Shown: one piece after another, positions 32,528-40,967 of the stretch
How the letters are laid out: every line of letters starts with the position of its first letter
How positions within the stretch are numbered: position 1 is the first letter of the stretch
From: Ignavibacteriota bacterium
Lineage (GTDB): Bacteria; Bacteroidota; Ignavibacteria; UBA10030
Direction of reading: 5' to 3'
Assembly: GCA_963727825.1 (NCBI GenBank)
Contig: CAVSHO010000009.1
Coordinates: 672,001-736,000, forward strand
Length of the DNA: 64,000 nt
Program-made: the position numbers and the translations under genes
The notes under the pieces: model-generated
What the model was told of the DNA's origin: nothing
What the model saw: only the letters and a program-made list of their open reading frames with translations
Database searches by the model: none

Positions 32528-32646
32528 GGTATCTCCTTTTTTTTCCTAATATTTAAAAGTCCGTTCTTGTCGGTTAGATTACTTTCCGCCATTTTAATAT
32601 AATGTGAATAACCAATGGAGAGAAGTTACCTTATTGTTATCTTTTT

Positions 32647-33426
32647 TCAACTCTTCAGCTTCTTGTATAGTGTATTCAACCGATTCTGATAGAAGCCTTT
32701 GATCGTGGCTTCTTCTTCACCTAACGGTTTGACAGGCACTAAATCCATGACTTCCGCCGGTGTCAATCCTGATTCGTACATTGTCTTTGCAGCACCATTC
32801 AGCATTTTGGGAATAGCATCCTTCAGCGTATGAGAGGAGATACCGAATGATTTTGCCAATTCCTGCAATTCATACAATTGGAACCAGAAATATGTTGGTC
32901 CCATAGCTGTGGTGATGGCAAATGATTCCAGTAATTCTTCAGGTACTTCTGGGCAATCCCCGAGTGGTTGGAATAATTCTAACACAGCGGCTTTTCCTGT
33001 GCTGCCTACAGTATTTGAAAATGTAATTGGATTATATCCAGCATTTACGATGGAGGGAGCATTCGGGTTGACGCGCGCAATATTGTTAAATCCGCTAAGT
33101 AGTTCAGAAAATTTCGTAATTGATATCTTCGGTGCGAGTGATACAACTATTGCAGATGGCTTTAGAACAGGTTTGATTTCTTGCAGTATCTCACTAATTA
33201 CTGGCGGGTGAAGTCCAACAATTACAACATCACAAGATGCAGGTATTTTAGCATTATTAATTACTAATTCAATATGTGGAACATCGTTTTTCAGTTTTTG
33301 CAAAACGTCTGCATTAATATCACTCACAACGATCTTGTGAGAAAGTGTTCCCGCGCGTTTCCATCCATTGAGAAGGATCTTTGCAACTCGACCGCCGCCT
33401 ATAAAACCGATTGATTGATTAGTCAT
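32647..33426 (-). CDS. ProC-like NAD(P)-dependent oxidoreductase (divergent)
   Basis: GFIGGGRVA Rossmann motif, RVNPNAPS, AMGPTYFWFQ (cf. SGSGPAY of ProC). Confidence 0.75.
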   Translation of the reverse strand: MTNQSIGFIGGGRVAKILLNGWKRAGTLSHKIVVSDINADVLQKLKNDVPHIELVINNAKIPASCDVVIVGLHPPVISEILQEIKPVLKPSAIVVSLAPKISITKFSELLSGFNNIARVNPNAPSIVNAGYNPITFSNTVGSTGKAAVLELFQPLGDCPEVPEELLESFAITTAMGPTYFWFQLYELQELAKSFGISSHTLKDAIPKMLNGAAKTMYESGLTPAEVMDLVPVKPLGEEEATIKGFYQNRLNTLYKKLKS

Positions 33427-33444
33427 TGTACATTCCCTTTCATT

Positions 33445-34143
33445 TTATGTTGTATAAAGAGTATAAATACCACCAAGAATAACGAGAAAGCCAGCTACGC
33501 GTTTTATCCATAAAACGATATTAGATCTATTCGTCCAATCGAGATATGATTGCACCCGGGATTCGAGTCCACCTGCTGCGACAATAACACTGCAATGCCC
33601 AAGTCCAAAAGCGAATAGCAACGCTCCTGCCATTATCACATTGGTGCTAGATAGTTGAAACACAACTCCTAAAACTGGCGCCATAAATGCAAATGTGCAC
33701 GGACCAAGTGCTATTCCGAATATCAATCCGAGAACAAATGCAGACCAGAGCGCTGAACGAGTCTGTATGAGACGTAAATTCACTCCTGTATCAGGAAGGC
33801 GAATAATGTCCATCATGTACAATCCAACGATAAAGAAAACAACTGCAACTGCATATTTTCCATATGCACCAACATCTCCCATAATTCTTCCGAGAGCTGC
33901 AGTGATAATTCCGAGAACAGCAATTGTCAGTAAGATCCCAACAGCGAAAACGAAAGCAAGAAGTACACCCCGTGATGTCTTTTTCTCGTTCTTTGATGTG
34001 AGGAAACCAATGATAAGTGGAATACTTGATAGATGACACGGGCTTAGAAGAATGCTTAATGTTCCCCAGGAAAACGAAGCAAGTAACGCAAGTGCAAGGT
34101 TTCCGTATAGAGCTTCCGTGAGTGCAGTGAATAGAGACTCCAT
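33445..34143 (-). CDS. CcdA/DsbD-type membrane thiol-disulfide transporter (ArsG-related fold)
   Basis: Multiple TM segments; LSPCHL and GPCTF Pro-Cys motifs. Confidence 0.8.
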   Translation of the reverse strand: MESLFTALTEALYGNLALALLASFSWGTLSILLSPCHLSSIPLIIGFLTSKNEKKTSRGVLLAFVFAVGILLTIAVLGIITAALGRIMGDVGAYGKYAVAVVFFIVGLYMMDIIRLPDTGVNLRLIQTRSALWSAFVLGLIFGIALGPCTFAFMAPVLGVVFQLSSTNVIMAGALLFAFGLGHCSVIVAAGGLESRVQSYLDWTNRSNIVLWIKRVAGFLVILGGIYTLYTT

Positions 34144-34146
34144 CGG

Positions 34147-34584
34147 TTATCCTTTTCCGTTGGAATTAGGTTTCAAACCTTTCGATTGCAGGAAAGCATC
34201 AATCTCTTTTTCCGGAAAATATCCTTCATGACGCATAAGCTCTTTGTCGTTTGCATCAAGAAAGACTTGCGTGGGTATCAAGCGGATATTATAGTCTTTT
34301 GCAAAATGCACTTGTTCTTCTTTCCATACATCGTAAAATACTATCTTGATTTGACTGCCGTATTTTTCTTCAACGGCCTTCATCACTTTTTGCATAGCTT
34401 TGCAGGGAATACAATTTATCGATCCGAGTTCAACGAATATGATGAGCGGGTTGGCAATTGTTGCGCTGGTATCCTTCGTTACAGAAGTTGGTTTTGTTTT
34501 CTTAGTGGTTTTCATTGATTGTGCAAATGCCGCTGAACCAAAAGCGATGCTTAGAATCAGAAATAATACTATTTGTCTTTTCAT
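34147..34584 (-). CDS. Exported thioredoxin-family protein
   Basis: Signal peptide MKRQIVLFLILSIAFGSAAFA, CIPC, IPTQ. Start at 34584 overlaps the upstream stop (ATGA). Confidence 0.85.
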   Translation of the reverse strand: MKRQIVLFLILSIAFGSAAFAQSMKTTKKTKPTSVTKDTSATIANPLIIFVELGSINCIPCKAMQKVMKAVEEKYGSQIKIVFYDVWKEEQVHFAKDYNIRLIPTQVFLDANDKELMRHEGYFPEKEIDAFLQSKGLKPNSNGKG

Positions 34585-34823
34585 GTGTGTGCTCCACTCA
34601 ACCAAGAAAGGAGTTGTTCGTCTTTAGGAATTGAACCTGAACTCTTCACAGCGCCATCGATGACTAAACCAGGAGTAGAGAGAATGCCGAATTTCATAAT
34701 TTCCTGCAGATCTGTCACTTTTTCGATTTCCAAATTAAGTCGATGCTTATCATTCAACGACCGGACTTTTTGTTCAAGTGTTTTGCATTTCGCACAACCT
34801 GAACCGAGTATTTGAACTTTCAT
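34581..34823 (-). CDS. Small MTH895/ArsE-type thioredoxin-like protein
   Basis: ILGSGCAKC, STPGLVIDG. Confidence 0.85.
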   Translation of the reverse strand: MKVQILGSGCAKCKTLEQKVRSLNDKHRLNLEIEKVTDLQEIMKFGILSTPGLVIDGAVKSSGSIPKDEQLLSWLSGAHT

Positions 34824-34844
34824 TTGTAGATTCCTACCGTTTAA

Positions 34845-35870
34845 TTAATATACAAGGTTAAATACATACCCTACGATGATAATACCTATTGCAACTACGC
34901 CAACAAAAATGAATATCAATGGTAATTTCAAAACTTTCCGTAATATAATTGTTTCAGGCAGTGAGAGACCAATGACCGACATCATAAAGGCAAGCGTTGT
35001 GCCAAGCGATGCACCTTTTTCAAGCAATGCATGTACGACAGGAATGATACCGGCAGCATTCGAGTAGAGTGGAACACCAATGAGGACAGCGATGGGAACT
35101 GACCACCATGCGGACTTGCCCATAAGACTTGCCATGAAATTCTCCGGCACATATCCATGAATACCTGCTCCGACACCAATACCAACAAGAAGATATGGCC
35201 ATACCTTTCCAACAATATCTTTTACTGCGTCATATCCCGAGTGCATATGGTCACGGAATGTTTGCACGGTTTCTTCCGGTGAAGCAGCATTGGAATGGAT
35301 TTGATAGACCCAATCTTCAACGAAATGTTCAACTTTCAATCTGCCAATGACGTAACCGGAAGTGATGGCGATGAGCAATCCAGTGCTCACATAGAGCAAA
35401 GCTGTCTGCCAACCGAATAAACCGAATAACAAAACGACGGCCACTTCATTGATCATTGGCGCTGCAATGAGGAAAGAGAATGTGACACCAATAGGGATTC
35501 CCGACTCCACGAAACCAATGAAGAGTGGGATTGCTGAACATGAGCAAAACGGAGTGACAATACCGAGCATGCTTGCAAGAACATTGCCTGTAAAGAGAGA
35601 TTTTCCGCCTAACATTTTACGAGTGCGTTCCGGGGAAAAGTAAGTCCGCACAATTCCGACTGCAAATACCACCAGTGTAAGAAGCAGTAACACTTTCGGC
35701 GCTTCAAAGACAAAGAAGCGAACTGCTTCCGTCAATCGTTCGCCTTGGACTAATCCTGTCACAGAAATAAATGCGTCTGCAAGAGGCTGCAAGGCCGTAT
35801 ACAGAGCAATCCAGAATATCAAAAGAATCGTTGCTGTACTAAACGGATATTGTCCGATCAACTTCTTCAT
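34845..35870 (-). CDS. arsP: ArsP/DUF318-family permease
   Basis: TPFCSCSAIP, APMINE, VPLYSNAAG, LSLPE. Start trimmed to ATG 35870 (TAATG overlap). Confidence 0.85.
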   Translation of the reverse strand: MKKLIGQYPFSTATILLIFWIALYTALQPLADAFISVTGLVQGERLTEAVRFFVFEAPKVLLLLTLVVFAVGIVRTYFSPERTRKMLGGKSLFTGNVLASMLGIVTPFCSCSAIPLFIGFVESGIPIGVTFSFLIAAPMINEVAVVLLFGLFGWQTALLYVSTGLLIAITSGYVIGRLKVEHFVEDWVYQIHSNAASPEETVQTFRDHMHSGYDAVKDIVGKVWPYLLVGIGVGAGIHGYVPENFMASLMGKSAWWSVPIAVLIGVPLYSNAAGIIPVVHALLEKGASLGTTLAFMMSVIGLSLPETIILRKVLKLPLIFIFVGVVAIGIIIVGYVFNLVY

Positions 35871-36115
35871 TATGCGCTCCGGTGCTCTATGAGAATCTCT
35901 TTGAGTTTTTCGACGGTCGGCACAAAACCTGCTATGGCAATCTTTTCGTCTATCACGAGGCCGGGTGTACACATAATTCCATAGGAAGCTATCTTTTGGT
36001 AATCCTCAACCTTCTCGACAGCCGCATCCATTTTTAATTCCTGCAAGGCTTCGATGGTTCGTTTCTCAAGCATCTTGCAGTTCATACATCCGGACCCTAA
36101 CACTTTAATAATCAT
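35870..36115 (-). CDS. Small MTH895/ArsE-type thioredoxin-like protein (second copy)
   Basis: VLGSGCMNC, CTPGLVIDE. Confidence 0.85.
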   Translation of the reverse strand: MIIKVLGSGCMNCKMLEKRTIEALQELKMDAAVEKVEDYQKIASYGIMCTPGLVIDEKIAIAGFVPTVEKLKEILIEHRSA

Positions 36116-36133
36116 ATCCTTTCCTTTCGCAGG

Positions 36134-36481
36134 TTAGATTTTGCAGATCTTTTTACGATTCACTCGATGAAGCTTTACTGCATCTTCCTGAATTGACTCA
36201 TCATCGTCGAACGATTTTTTGATAAGTCCAATTAATGAGCGAATGAATCCGCGTTCCGATTTATCATTCAGTCGAAAATTCACCCATTTGCCGTCTTTGG
36301 TGTCTAACAACAAACCAGCATTTCTAAGGATTGTCAAATGTTTTGACACAGTCGAATTGGAAAGATCGAGCACCTCTCGAATCTCGCACATACATAATTC
36401 TCGTTCAGCAAGCATCTTAACGATACGGATGCGATTGGGGTCGCTCAGAGCTTTAAAGATATTGACATAGTCACGTTTCAT
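36134..36481 (-). CDS. arsR: ArsR/SmtB-family repressor
   Basis: FKALSDPNRIRI, ELCMCEI, STVSKHL. Confidence 0.9.
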   Translation of the reverse strand: MKRDYVNIFKALSDPNRIRIVKMLAERELCMCEIREVLDLSNSTVSKHLTILRNAGLLLDTKDGKWVNFRLNDKSERGFIRSLIGLIKKSFDDDESIQEDAVKLHRVNRKKICKI

Positions 36482-36493
36482 GGTTACTCCTTC

Positions 36494-36539
36494 ATTTCGT
36501 CAACTATCGAAATATAACAATCATCTTATCCACATGCAA
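36494..36539 (-). promoter_or_regulatory. Promoter and putative ArsR operator of module A
   Basis: TTGCAT(36534-39)-17 nt-TATATT(36511-16) with an extended -10 TG; overlapping inverted repeat ATTTCG-N8-CGAAAT at 36494-36513. Confidence 0.7.
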
Positions 36540-36660
36540 GCACGAACTTAAACATATTTCTGAGAGAAACGCAGGTGATGGTAATGAACGAGAATAATAC
36601 AATAATCGTTTGCATTATTACGAAGTGAGTATATTTTAGCAACTACAACCATAGAGAGGT

Positions 36661-36801
36661 ATGAAAATAAACGATAGCGGAATGCCGGAAGAAACTTACT
36701 GGAATAGTCTGTTTAATATTCCGCTTATAATAAAATGGCTGGACTTAAAAAACGTTTTCGGTACTATTGTAGAAGTTGGCTGTGGATATGGCACTTTCAC
36801 T
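36661..36801 (+). pseudogene. Truncated class I SAM methyltransferase (5' fragment)
   Basis: MKINDSGMPEETYWNSLF...VEVGCGYGTFT reaches SAM motif I, then the reading loses methyltransferase character. Confidence 0.65.
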
Positions 36802-36901
36802 TCACCGATATTATTTTGTGATATCCGGTCATCAAAAACATTTACTATGGCGTTCGCTTCATCCAATGATCGAGCAAAACCGCAATATGATAATGCAATA
36901 T

Positions 36902-37345
36902 TCATTTTGAATTTCCTTTTTCTGATTGAATAGATTGTTGATAGAATGTCAAGAAATCCTTTTTTATTTCATCTCGTACTCTTCGGAATACTGATAGAAT
37001 CTCGTCTTCTGAACCGGAGGCATTTGCTGGATCATCAAATCCAATATGCAATCGATGGGCAACTTTTCCTGTAAAGAACGGACACGTTTCTTTCGCATGG
37101 TCACACACTGTAATGACGTAATCAAAAGATTCGACAAGGAATTGATCAACAAGCTTTGTGGTTTGAGATGAGATATCGATACCAATCTCCTTCATTACTT
37201 GAATGGCTATGGGATGAACTGAATTAGCAGGCTTTATCCCTGCCGAATAAACTTCTAGCGAGGGATCAAACGATTTCAGAAATCCTTCCGCCATTTGACT
37301 TCGACTCGAATTACCTGTGCAGAGAATGAGAATTCGTTTTTTCAT
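36902..37345 (-). CDS. arsC: Arsenate reductase (LMW-PTP type), second copy
   Basis: CTGNSSRSQMAE, TVCDHAKETCP, FDDP. Confidence 0.88.
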   Translation of the reverse strand: MKKRILILCTGNSSRSQMAEGFLKSFDPSLEVYSAGIKPANSVHPIAIQVMKEIGIDISSQTTKLVDQFLVESFDYVITVCDHAKETCPFFTGKVAHRLHIGFDDPANASGSEDEILSVFRRVRDEIKKDFLTFYQQSIQSEKGNSK

Positions 37346-37349
37346 AATA

Positions 37350-38216
37350 TTACTTTTCCTTTGCTCTCCATGTTACTGTGTATTCAGTGCCTTCAGGTAG
37401 TTGAAGTTTCGGATCATCAAGAACCCAGCTACCTTTCAACCCAAGTTCACGAGAAGTAAGTTCAAAATGGCACATCGCAATACCCATATCAACGCGTTGT
37501 AAATCAGCAAGTCTCAGAATGTTAAATATCATTGTTCCTTTGCCGTACCCTTTTGTTCGTTGAAGATAAAAATGCCATGCATCATTGATTCGAACGATAT
37601 GCCAGGGTTGCTTATTGGAAGCCGAGGGAGCCCATCGGACCATTTCGATAGGTTCAGCATATTTACCGACAGTATCCCTTGACAGTGAATTATTGAATGA
37701 TTCTTCAAAGAATAGTTGTCCTGCTGGCAAACGGCGCGCACCACTCATGTATTTCCTAATCTGTCCGTTTCTTCCCTTCTTCTCTTCATCATATCCGATA
37801 GAAACAACAGCAGGAATTGTTTCCTTTTCACGCAGAGATATTTTCTTTGCAAAACTACTTTTCGTAAAGGAACCGCCAAGCCAGCATGTTCCTAAACCAA
37901 TCTCCGTTGCTTTGAGAATAATGTTTTCAAGAAGATACCCATAATCTTCGAGGTTCTTCGGCCCTTGCTCAAGTGCACCAATAATAAATCCGGCGGGGTT
38001 GTTGATAAAGCCGTAAGTGCCAAGTCCTTTCAAAGATTGTCTGTCATCCTGATTGGCTGCAACAAGTTCAAACCGTGTATTTGTACCGAATGGACCGATC
38101 TGCTGCGTGTCTAAGAACTCCCTCAATACTTGTTGATGAATTTCCTGTACCGATTCATCGTTGTAAGATCGGCAAGAATATCTTTGTCTGATGATTTCTT
38201 GAATAGTCTGATTCAT
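37350..38216 (-). CDS. Nitroreductase-family flavoprotein (two-domain type)
   Basis: RYSCRSY, GLGTCWLGG, APSASNKQPW, DMGIAMCHF. Confidence 0.88.
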   Translation of the reverse strand: MNQTIQEIIRQRYSCRSYNDESVQEIHQQVLREFLDTQQIGPFGTNTRFELVAANQDDRQSLKGLGTYGFINNPAGFIIGALEQGPKNLEDYGYLLENIILKATEIGLGTCWLGGSFTKSSFAKKISLREKETIPAVVSIGYDEEKKGRNGQIRKYMSGARRLPAGQLFFEESFNNSLSRDTVGKYAEPIEMVRWAPSASNKQPWHIVRINDAWHFYLQRTKGYGKGTMIFNILRLADLQRVDMGIAMCHFELTSRELGLKGSWVLDDPKLQLPEGTEYTVTWRAKEK

Positions 38217-38265
38217 TCTGTTTTAATCTTTACATTCCGCAGTTGATCTTTTTTGAAAAAGCCTT

Positions 38266-39075
38266 TTATGGCTTTTCTGCATACACGGTGACACTGAATA
38301 TACCAACATGACTTTTCTTGTAATCCCTCAATTGATCAATTGTAAGAAATTTAGCAAGAATTTCATTTGAAATTTCAATCTTGCGGTCTTTTTGAACGAC
38401 AATATTTGTAAAACCGGCTTTTTTGATTAGGTGCAAATATTCTTCTTTTTGAACTGCACCGGAGATACATCCAGCATATAAAGTTGCCTCTTTGCGCAAA
38501 TCATCCGGAAGTTCACCCTGTAGAACGATATCAGAAATACTGAAATGTCCACCACTTTTAATGATGCGAAATGTTTCGGCAAATGCTTTCTGCTTGTCTG
38601 GCACAAGGTTCATAACACAGTTGCTCACAACGACATCTGCCGTGTTGTCTTCGACTGGCATATTATCGATATCGCCGAGACGAAATTTTACATTCTTGAA
38701 TCCGAGTTTTGCCGCATTTGCTTTTGCCTTGTCAATCATTGCCTCCGTCATATCGATCCCGATGACCCTACCGGTCTCACCAACAATAGAGCGTGCAATA
38801 AAGCAATCATTTCCTGCGCCCGAACCAAGATCGACGACGGTGTCACCCGTTTTGATCTGAGCAAATTCTGTCGGCAACCCGCACCCCAATGCAAGGTCGG
38901 CATCAGCTACATATCCGGGAAGTTTTGTATAGTCTTCCGACATAACTGAAAACTCAACATTCGAACACCCGCATCCGCTTCCGCAGCAGGAAGATTGGTT
39001 CTGTTGTTTTGATTGTTTAGCGATGGCTTCGTATTTCTCTTTTACCATCTCTTTGATTTCTTGTTCAGTATTCAT
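38266..39075 (-). CDS. arsM: Arsenite S-adenosylmethionine methyltransferase
   Basis: SCCGSGCGC, LGCGLP, DLGSGAG, SNCV, GCISGA. Confidence 0.93.
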   Translation of the reverse strand: MNTEQEIKEMVKEKYEAIAKQSKQQNQSSCCGSGCGCSNVEFSVMSEDYTKLPGYVADADLALGCGLPTEFAQIKTGDTVVDLGSGAGNDCFIARSIVGETGRVIGIDMTEAMIDKAKANAAKLGFKNVKFRLGDIDNMPVEDNTADVVVSNCVMNLVPDKQKAFAETFRIIKSGGHFSISDIVLQGELPDDLRKEATLYAGCISGAVQKEEYLHLIKKAGFTNIVVQKDRKIEISNEILAKFLTIDQLRDYKKSHVGIFSVTVYAEKP

Positions 39076-39096
39076 AATAGTTCTCCTATAAATATT

Positions 39097-39114
39097 TATC
39101 GTAATAATACGATA
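39097..39114. promoter_or_regulatory. Putative ArsR operator upstream of arsM
   Basis: TATCGTA-ATAA-TACGATA palindrome, identical to the copy at 39462. Confidence 0.75.
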
Positions 39115-39132
39115 GACAAGTGCAAAAAATTT

Positions 39133-39453
39133 TCAACAACACGATTTTATATCAGTCATAAATTGTGCAAGAAGTTGTTTTGCTTCCTGCCATGATTTTT
39201 TATTGATGCAATAGCATACTTTTGGACCATCAATCGTGCCTTTAATAAGGCCGACTTGTTTCAATTCAGCAAGATGTTGGGAAATAGTCGCTTGTGACAA
39301 TGGAAGCTCGTCCACAATATCCCCGCATATACAGACATCTTTCGCTGCAAGAAATTGTAGGATCGCAATGCGTGCTGGATGACTTAACGCCTTTGCCAAA
39401 TCAGCCAGCCGATTCTGATTACTGCTAAAATTTTCTTTCTTCGATGTACCCAT
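39133..39453 (-). CDS. arsR: ArsR-family repressor with C-terminal CC
   Basis: AKALSHPARIAIL, CICGDIV, ATISQHL, VCYC, KSCC. Start trimmed to ATG 39453. Confidence 0.9.
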   Translation of the reverse strand: MGTSKKENFSSNQNRLADLAKALSHPARIAILQFLAAKDVCICGDIVDELPLSQATISQHLAELKQVGLIKGTIDGPKVCYCINKKSWQEAKQLLAQFMTDIKSCC

Positions 39454-39461
39454 AATTCTTA

Positions 39462-39479
39462 TATCGTAATAATACGATA
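39462..39479. promoter_or_regulatory. Putative ArsR operator upstream of arsR (module B)
   Basis: TATCGTA-ATAA-TACGATA, 8 nt upstream of the ATG. Confidence 0.75.
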
Positions 39480-39532
39480 GAAGTTTCAAAAAAGCAATAG
39501 TCCTAAGAAAAAATATTTAGAGATAAATAAAC

Positions 39533-39570
39533 ATCCTCGCCGCAAGCGTCGGGGTATTGAACCCGAAAGA
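39533..39570. repeat. IS200/IS605-end-like or REP-like palindrome, solitary
   Basis: ATCCTCGCCGCAAGCGTCGGGGTAT-TGAACCCGAAAGA imperfect hairpin with a GCAAGC apex; no transposase nearby. Confidence 0.45.
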
Positions 39571-39571
39571 G

Positions 39572-39623
39572 AAAAAAAACTCCGGCCTCCCTGAGATAAT
39601 AATCCAGAACCGGAAGGCCGGAG
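39572..39623 (-). terminator. Intrinsic terminator downstream of ftsZ
   Basis: CTCCGGCCT/AGGCCGGAG 9-bp GC-rich stem (extendable) followed by U8 on the minus strand. Confidence 0.8.
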
Positions 39624-39758
39624 ATATGTGATCCATCCATCATTCCCACCGTGCGAGAGAGAATAGATGAAAACCCATTTTTTAATATAAATAAAATCGA
39701 TGTCAGGACTTCCGTCTTGACATTGCAGCATTGAGATTTAAGAAATTAGAAAATTATT

Positions 39759-39782
39759 GCGTCAGGAGATAACTCCTGACGC
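39759..39782. other. Perfect hairpin immediately after the ftsZ stop
   Basis: GCGTCAGGAG-ATAA-CTCCTGACGC; weak U-tail. Confidence 0.6.
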
Positions 39783-39794
39783 CACCGCAAATTA

Positions 39795-40967
39795 TTAATC
39801 CATAATTTTTCTAAGAAATGCCGGACGTTCTGTATCAGACTTATCAATCTTTTCGCGCATTCCTACTTCGCGAAGCGGTGTGTTTGGAATTTCCACACCG
39901 CGCCGGGCATACGTTGGTACATCGAACCGTTGAAGTTCGGTGGGACCAACGGGCACATGATCAATCAGTTTTGCAGCTGGCTTTGCGGGCCGTTGTATTG
40001 CTGCCGCGCGTTTGTTGAATCCCGTAGCGATGACGGTCACCATAATATCTTCAGTCATATTTTCATCAATCACTGTCCCGAGTATTACGTTTGCCTCTTC
40101 GCCAGCTGCCTCATGAATAACCTTTGTCGCTTCATCCACTTCTGTAAGGCTGAGTTCTTTTCCGCCTGTGATGTTAATTAGAATCCCCTGTGCGCCGGCT
40201 ATAGAAACGCCTTCGAGCAGCGGACTGGAAATTGCCATTTGTGCGGCTTCGGTTGCACGATTATCGCCAGTAGCGATTCCGGTACCCATTAACGCATCAC
40301 CCATTTCCTTCATAATCGTGCGGACATCGGCGAAGTCCACATTGATATAACCAGGAACAGTGATAACTTCCGAGATTCCGCGTGTAGCATTATAGAGCAC
40401 TTGATTTGCAATCTCGAATGCTTCCATAATTGGAGTGCGGCGGTCAATGAGATCAAGAAGTTTCTGGTTTGGAATGACTATGAGCGTATCGACATTCTTC
40501 TTCAGCTCTTCAATTCCTTCTACGGCTTGTTCGTTTCGCTTTTTCCCCTCACTATTAAATGGTTTAGTAACGATACCGACCACAAGCGCGCCAACGCTTT
40601 TTGCAATATTTGCTACTAATGGTGCACCGCCGGTTCCAGTGCCGCCGCCCATACCTGCGGTTATAAAGACCATATCGCAACCACTCAATGATTGGGCAAT
40701 CTCTTCTCTGTCCTCTTCAACAGCACGGAAGCCGACGCTGGGATCAGAGCCCGCTCCAAGTCCGCGCGTGAGATTTTTTCCAATTTGAAGTTTGTGCTCG
40801 GCTTTGCTGCGTTCCAATGCTTGAAGATCCGTATTGATAGAAACAAAGTCGACACCGGTAAGTCCTTTGTGGATCATGCTATTGACGGCATTGCCTCCGC
40901 CTCCGCCAACGCCAATGACACGAATTTTTGCTCCTCGACCAGATGGTATATCAAGTTCGATAGGCAC
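39795..40967 (-). CDS. ftsZ: Cell division protein FtsZ
   Basis: GVGGGGGNAVN, GMGGGTGTG, NVDFADV, C-terminal PAFLRK. Confidence 0.98.
   Translation of the reverse strand: MPIELDIPSGRGAKIRVIGVGGGGGNAVNSMIHKGLTGVDFVSINTDLQALERSKAEHKLQIGKNLTRGLGAGSDPSVGFRAVEEDREEIAQSLSGCDMVFITAGMGGGTGTGGAPLVANIAKSVGALVVGIVTKPFNSEGKKRNEQAVEGIEELKKNVDTLIVIPNQKLLDLIDRRTPIMEAFEIANQVLYNATRGISEVITVPGYINVDFADVRTIMKEMGDALMGTGIATGDNRATEAAQMAISSPLLEGVSIAGAQGILINITGGKELSLTEVDEATKVIHEAAGEEANVILGTVIDENMTEDIMVTVIATGFNKRAAAIQRPAKPAAKLIDHVPVGPTELQRFDVPTYARRGVEIPNTPLREVGMREKIDKSDTERPAFLRKIMD

Noticed and set aside
35871-35972. N-terminal extensions in the ORF track (arsP here; also leuC, gltD, arsR, mraZ, ahpC, rodA)
   Set aside because: They overlap upstream genes, operators or promoters; downstream starts with stop/start coupling or an SD fit better.
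30533-39453. Possible selenocysteine (in-frame TGA) in the ars redox proteins
   Set aside because: All expected Cys motifs are present as sense codons and the ORFs are full length; the arsC CTGNSSR variant is encoded by AGT, not TGA.
39486-39731. 81-aa minus-strand ORF (…SGSIPRRLRRG…)
   Set aside because: Runs through a terminator and a palindromic repeat; a translation artefact of non-coding structure.
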